Shown here: positions 63,101 through 64,000 of the stretch, one piece after another
How positions within the stretch are numbered: the first letter of the stretch is position 1
How the letters are laid out: each line of letters begins with the position of its first letter
Source: Candidatus Dojkabacteria bacterium
Lineage (GTDB): Bacteria; Patescibacteriota; Dojkabacteria; SC72
DNA: 64,000 nt
Assembly (NCBI GenBank): GCA_012842045.1
Contig: DUTP01000005.1
Location: forward strand, 77,430-141,429
Direction of reading: 5' to 3'
The notes under the pieces: generated by a model
Database searches by the model: none
What the model saw: the letters and a program-made list of their open reading frames with translations, nothing else
What the model was told of the DNA's origin: nothing
Program-made: the position numbers and the translations under genes

Positions 63101-63327
63101 TAAGTATCGGTAGCTACTTTCAAAAATCTTAAAGTGACTTTATTTGGTTCAGTTGCTCCATCTACATCAGTTTGCCATGTGGTTACAAATAGGTCGGAAG
63201 AGTAGGCATGAGTTTTAAAACCTTTGTTTTTAACTAAAAAGGTTGTAAAACCTACAACTAACAAAAGAGTACTAATGAAAAAGAAAATTCTCTTTACATG
63301 TGGATATTGGACAGAATTTTTAATCAT
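57112..63327 (-). CDS. Giant surface protein (2071 aa): N-terminal signal/TM, DUF285-type repeats, cadherin-like domain, Ig-like domains, three tandem ~95-aa repeats, C-terminal TM anchor
   Basis: Many FxxA(T/S)xFNQxIGxWNT(S/G)xVTNMxxMF repeats; LDYE...VLDVDD cadherin motif; repeats ...AGNTNTASTSTDNSVTYD...; C-terminus YVYWLIALIVLLTILLGYNIYKRK. Confidence 0.8.
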   Translation of the reverse strand: MIKNSVQYPHVKRIFFFISTLLLVVGFTTFLVKNKGFKTHAYSSDLFVTTWQTDVDGATEPNKVTLRFLKVATDTYEVSWNCDDDYELFYTSLATHNYPTPGTYDVCVRSTAPLRFYSPDLADDEKAKLLEIKQWGTIPWSSFGSAFKGMVNMQLTATDAPDLSQVTDMSSTFQGATNFTGNGSMDSWNTSGVKNMANTFVDATNFNAPIGNWDTSAVTTMNSMFYRATNFNQYIGKWKTGAVESMAYMFFEADKFNNGETPGASTKPLEWNTSSVTNMKQMFNKASSFNQDINNWQTGSVKDMYAMFAGATVFNQNIGGWNTSEVINMGSMFNQASVFNQNIGGWNTGAVTNMSNMFRQATAFNNGEAPGESQNTMDWVTTKVESMSLMFREASAFNQYIGGWDTGVVTNMSNMFQGATVFNNGEAPGESSNTMNWDTKSLKYVTYMFLNAKAFNQNIGSWNTSNVTGMLGMFMNASSFNQNLNSWNTGKVTSMMHMFNGATVFNNGDVPGGSNNPLDLDTSKVDNMYAMFVARDFNQAFGPKWTTANVKTMADMFRQARSFNQYIGDWNTANVESMAYMFQNANVFNNGAEPGDESKPLNWNTVKVSNMSYMFDRAYEFNQPFGDNWNTASVTNMTRMFDRASGFNQDISGWQTGNVQDMSYMFSAATSFNQPIGSWDTSNVTNMMYMFNNATSFDQDISNWNIGNVGRISYFLNYTALHPYNYDKLLNSWSTKTVKPNLYLDAVGVYYCQGGDARNTLTSAPKNWRINDAGQNCPPQNLKLFPDEIEENTTEVGTISATDETAIIYSLVSGEGSGDNSKFALNPTTGALAFLEPPDYENPTGTADPDDKNKYTIRVRATDSTNLYTEEIFVITVLDVDDLPPEITINQGTTMSNAPITDTTFKVSDRFSIASVEVDESSIATADNIVCTPPFPHEADPPDPENHIEMNCTIRIKTSGRLVLKATDNAGLSSTAFKDGYVVDQVPPTFITSSIDTLTYGIDKPIIEFEATDAVGMQKYEIKYVGSDGLNKVDEIEYTKPGVIQRTLELYAGENQHTITVIAYDLVGNTTEKQTIFPPEVVFNAPTVLSNQPISDSTVTITAPIAGHEIDNIEISGTASEGVTLENCADADGEHNAPYTTYVTCNIRNINKSGTIIIQAEDTNNRATGYNSHMYTIDTVDPVITINAPTKKKKDNITDTTITVTDAVEIYPADIEIAASSTGMAENLECTADTGDKNIINCTITIIESGNLAITAKDKAGNSITETKEGYIIDRIPPAISITSTAPINRANRTHYTLGGTCTFGDNNIITVIAEQPYVAECQNDNTWSTELDLSAQPDGTVVVYASQTDDVGNKGEDTKELLKDTVAPVLGYEDLSTNNPSPELTGTVNDKNATVTVEIVETGQIINAASNQNGTWTVSAGDITNLTTKTYNLTITATDSAENSSEITGQLIIDITPPYITSITPATGQPNPTNQQPIIFHATFSEPLKDDTLDANGFKIKEDGVITTAKVTEVTSINNKKYTLSVSGIVNQKASITVFSPAHTYQDVLGNWNTAEVESSAVTFDKEKPTVTVNQTNDQVDPTNINSIKYTVVFSKPINGDTFIKEDLLISGSSTATVSQLQTVNSTTYTAVVTGMLSGETVSLSLPANRVEDSAGNTNTASTSTDNSVTYDATSPTVTVNQADDQADPTNEDIIKFTIIFSEPINGDTFTRDDLNISGSSTAKVLLLTNVNDTTYTAYVNGMVSGETVLLILPVDTVEDLAGNKNIASTSTDNSITYDNIPPSVTINQSSTQPDPTDINSIKYIVIFSEPIKEDTFTHEDILISGSTTAKVKGITKISETEYEVEIENLTNGETVTATIPADVLTDLAGNNNVASTSTDNSVTYIVEEEEPEQPDEEEPPKPIIPTPLDPKPVVKPKNLFAKYINPIIENEKEENTKAAEETLDITKEPASSTQSKSLKIKIYSESGEPLVGVTVEIHSDVRTGITDENGEVYFENLETGLHTMIISYNGYRAEKKINLVSDGEEEMEINVKLEKVIIPTYVYWLIALIVLLTILLGYNIYKRKQEENK
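57690..58600. repeat. Three diverged tandem ~285-bp repeats (Ig-like domain repeats) inside the giant gene
   Basis: Repeated protein segments, and similar antisense ORF translations at 57488..57871 and 58004..58603. Confidence 0.6.
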
Positions 63328-63360
63328 AACCTCAAATTTGTAGCATACTTACTTTATCTA

Positions 63361-64000
63361 TCAGTTTTTATCTTCTTTCTTCTTCTTGTATATGAAGTAT
63401 CCAAAGAGTATTACCAGTAGCACAATCAATACTATCCACCAGTAGTTTGGTTTACTTACTTTTTCTAACTGTACATTAATCTCTATCTCTGCTTCCTCTT
63501 CATTGTCATTGGTTAAGTCAATTGTTCTTTCATCCTTCTGTCCTTTGTATGAGACAATCATGGTATGTGAACCAATATCTACATTCTCAAAGTATGCTTC
63601 TCCATTCTTGTCTGTAATCTCTGTTCTAACTTTAGAATGTATCTCAACAGTTGCACCTTTGATAGGTTTCTTTGATTTGTCATATACCTTTACTCTTAGA
63701 TTTTTGTATAGAGTGGGGTAGGTAGTCTTTTCTACTGTCTTAGAGGCTTCCTCTTCGGTTTGTTCTTCTGTAGTAGTCTCTTCTTCCTCCTCAATTATTG
63801 GATTAAGGAATTTATTATATGGATTTCTTGGTTTTACAATGGGTTTTGAAATAATTGGTTTGGGTGGCTCTGGTACTTCTGGCTCTTTCTCTTCTACAAA
63901 ATACTTCACACTATTATCAGTAGAGGTACTGGCTGGGTTTCTATTTCCTGCTAGGTCTTCTACCATATTAGCGGGTAGGGAAAGTGTTACTGTTTCTCCT
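63361..64000 (-). CDS. Second giant surface-protein paralog; only the C-terminal ~210 aa lie in the window (N-terminus beyond the window end)
   Basis: The C-terminal module aligns with that of the 57112..63327 protein (...STSTDNSV.Y...TVEIHS.VRT.ITD.NGE.YFEN......I.LEKV + TM + KKKE). The frame stays open to position 64000. Confidence 0.7.
   Translation of the reverse strand, partial: GETVTLSLPANMVEDLAGNRNPASTSTDNSVKYFVEEKEPEVPEPPKPIISKPIVKPRNPYNKFLNPIIEEEEETTTEEQTEEEASKTVEKTTYPTLYKNLRVKVYDKSKKPIKGATVEIHSKVRTEITDKNGEAYFENVDIGSHTMIVSYKGQKDERTIDLTNDNEEEAEIEINVQLEKVSKPNYWWIVLIVLLVILFGYFIYKKKKEDKN

Overview
Low-GC (~35%), gene-dense bacterial window read with the standard genetic code. It looks like a small-genome Patescibacteria/CPR-type organism. 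Grounds: a 16S gene with four mismatches to the universal 515F site, an rRNA intron carrying a homing endonuclease, most genes lacking a Shine-Dalgarno sequence, type IV pilus components, and a ribosomal protein S12 with an insertion. The lineage call is inference only.

Content in order:
- 1-4.5 kb: a partial large membrane protein, an FtsA/PilM-family actin-like ATPase, and RNase J, all on the minus strand.
- 4.7-10 kb: valS, metG and a pilN/pilO-like trio.
- 10-11.5 kb: rpoD divergent from a tiny zinc-ribbon gene.
- 11.5-25.2 kb: a long minus-strand array running ftsK, rodZ-like, dnaG, a methyltransferase with a Trm112-type ribbon, rsmA/ksgA, a membrane protein, a WecA/MraY-family transferase, an SPFH protein, an HPS/KGPDC-family enzyme, a PEGA-domain protein, and a 1002-aa epimerase-TM-ectodomain fusion.
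- 25.5-34.4 kb: a membrane protein, then rpoB-rpoC-rpsL-rpsG. Where fusA/tuf would be expected, a terminator and a consensus-promoter Fic gene follow instead.
- 35.5-47.5 kb: a GT2 glycosyltransferase, rplY, an orphan protein, hrcA-grpE-dnaK (with CIRCE-like operators), comF, murJ, two hypothetical proteins, a DUF1846/UPF0371 protein and an ITPase.
- 47.9-54.3 kb: a complete rRNA operon, 16S - tRNA-Ile(GAT) - tRNA-Ala(TGC) - 23S - 5S. The 23S is interrupted near helix 69 by a ~1.1 kb intron region. It encodes a single-motif LAGLIDADG homing endonuclease and also holds an endonuclease-less degenerate duplicate of the same unit.
- 54.4-57.1 kb: a HAD phosphatase, a thymidylate-kinase-like protein with a degenerate P-loop translationally coupled to an HhH-GPD glycosylase.
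- 57.1-64 kb: two tandem paralogous giant surface proteins with DUF285-type repeats, a cadherin domain, Ig-like tandem repeats and a C-terminal TM anchor.

No CRISPR array, transposase or integrase was seen.

The candidates for novelty are:
1. the duplicated intron unit in 23S;
2. the interruption of the str operon by a Fic gene;
3. the PEGA/epimerase-fusion envelope module;
4. the kinase-like/glycosylase pair;
5. the giant adhesin pair;
6. a conserved promoter-like 24-mer at two loci, one placed to drive a ~50-nt antisense RNA;
7. extended -10 (TGnTATAAT) promoters placed 6-7 nt from the ATG of several genes, implying leaderless mRNAs.
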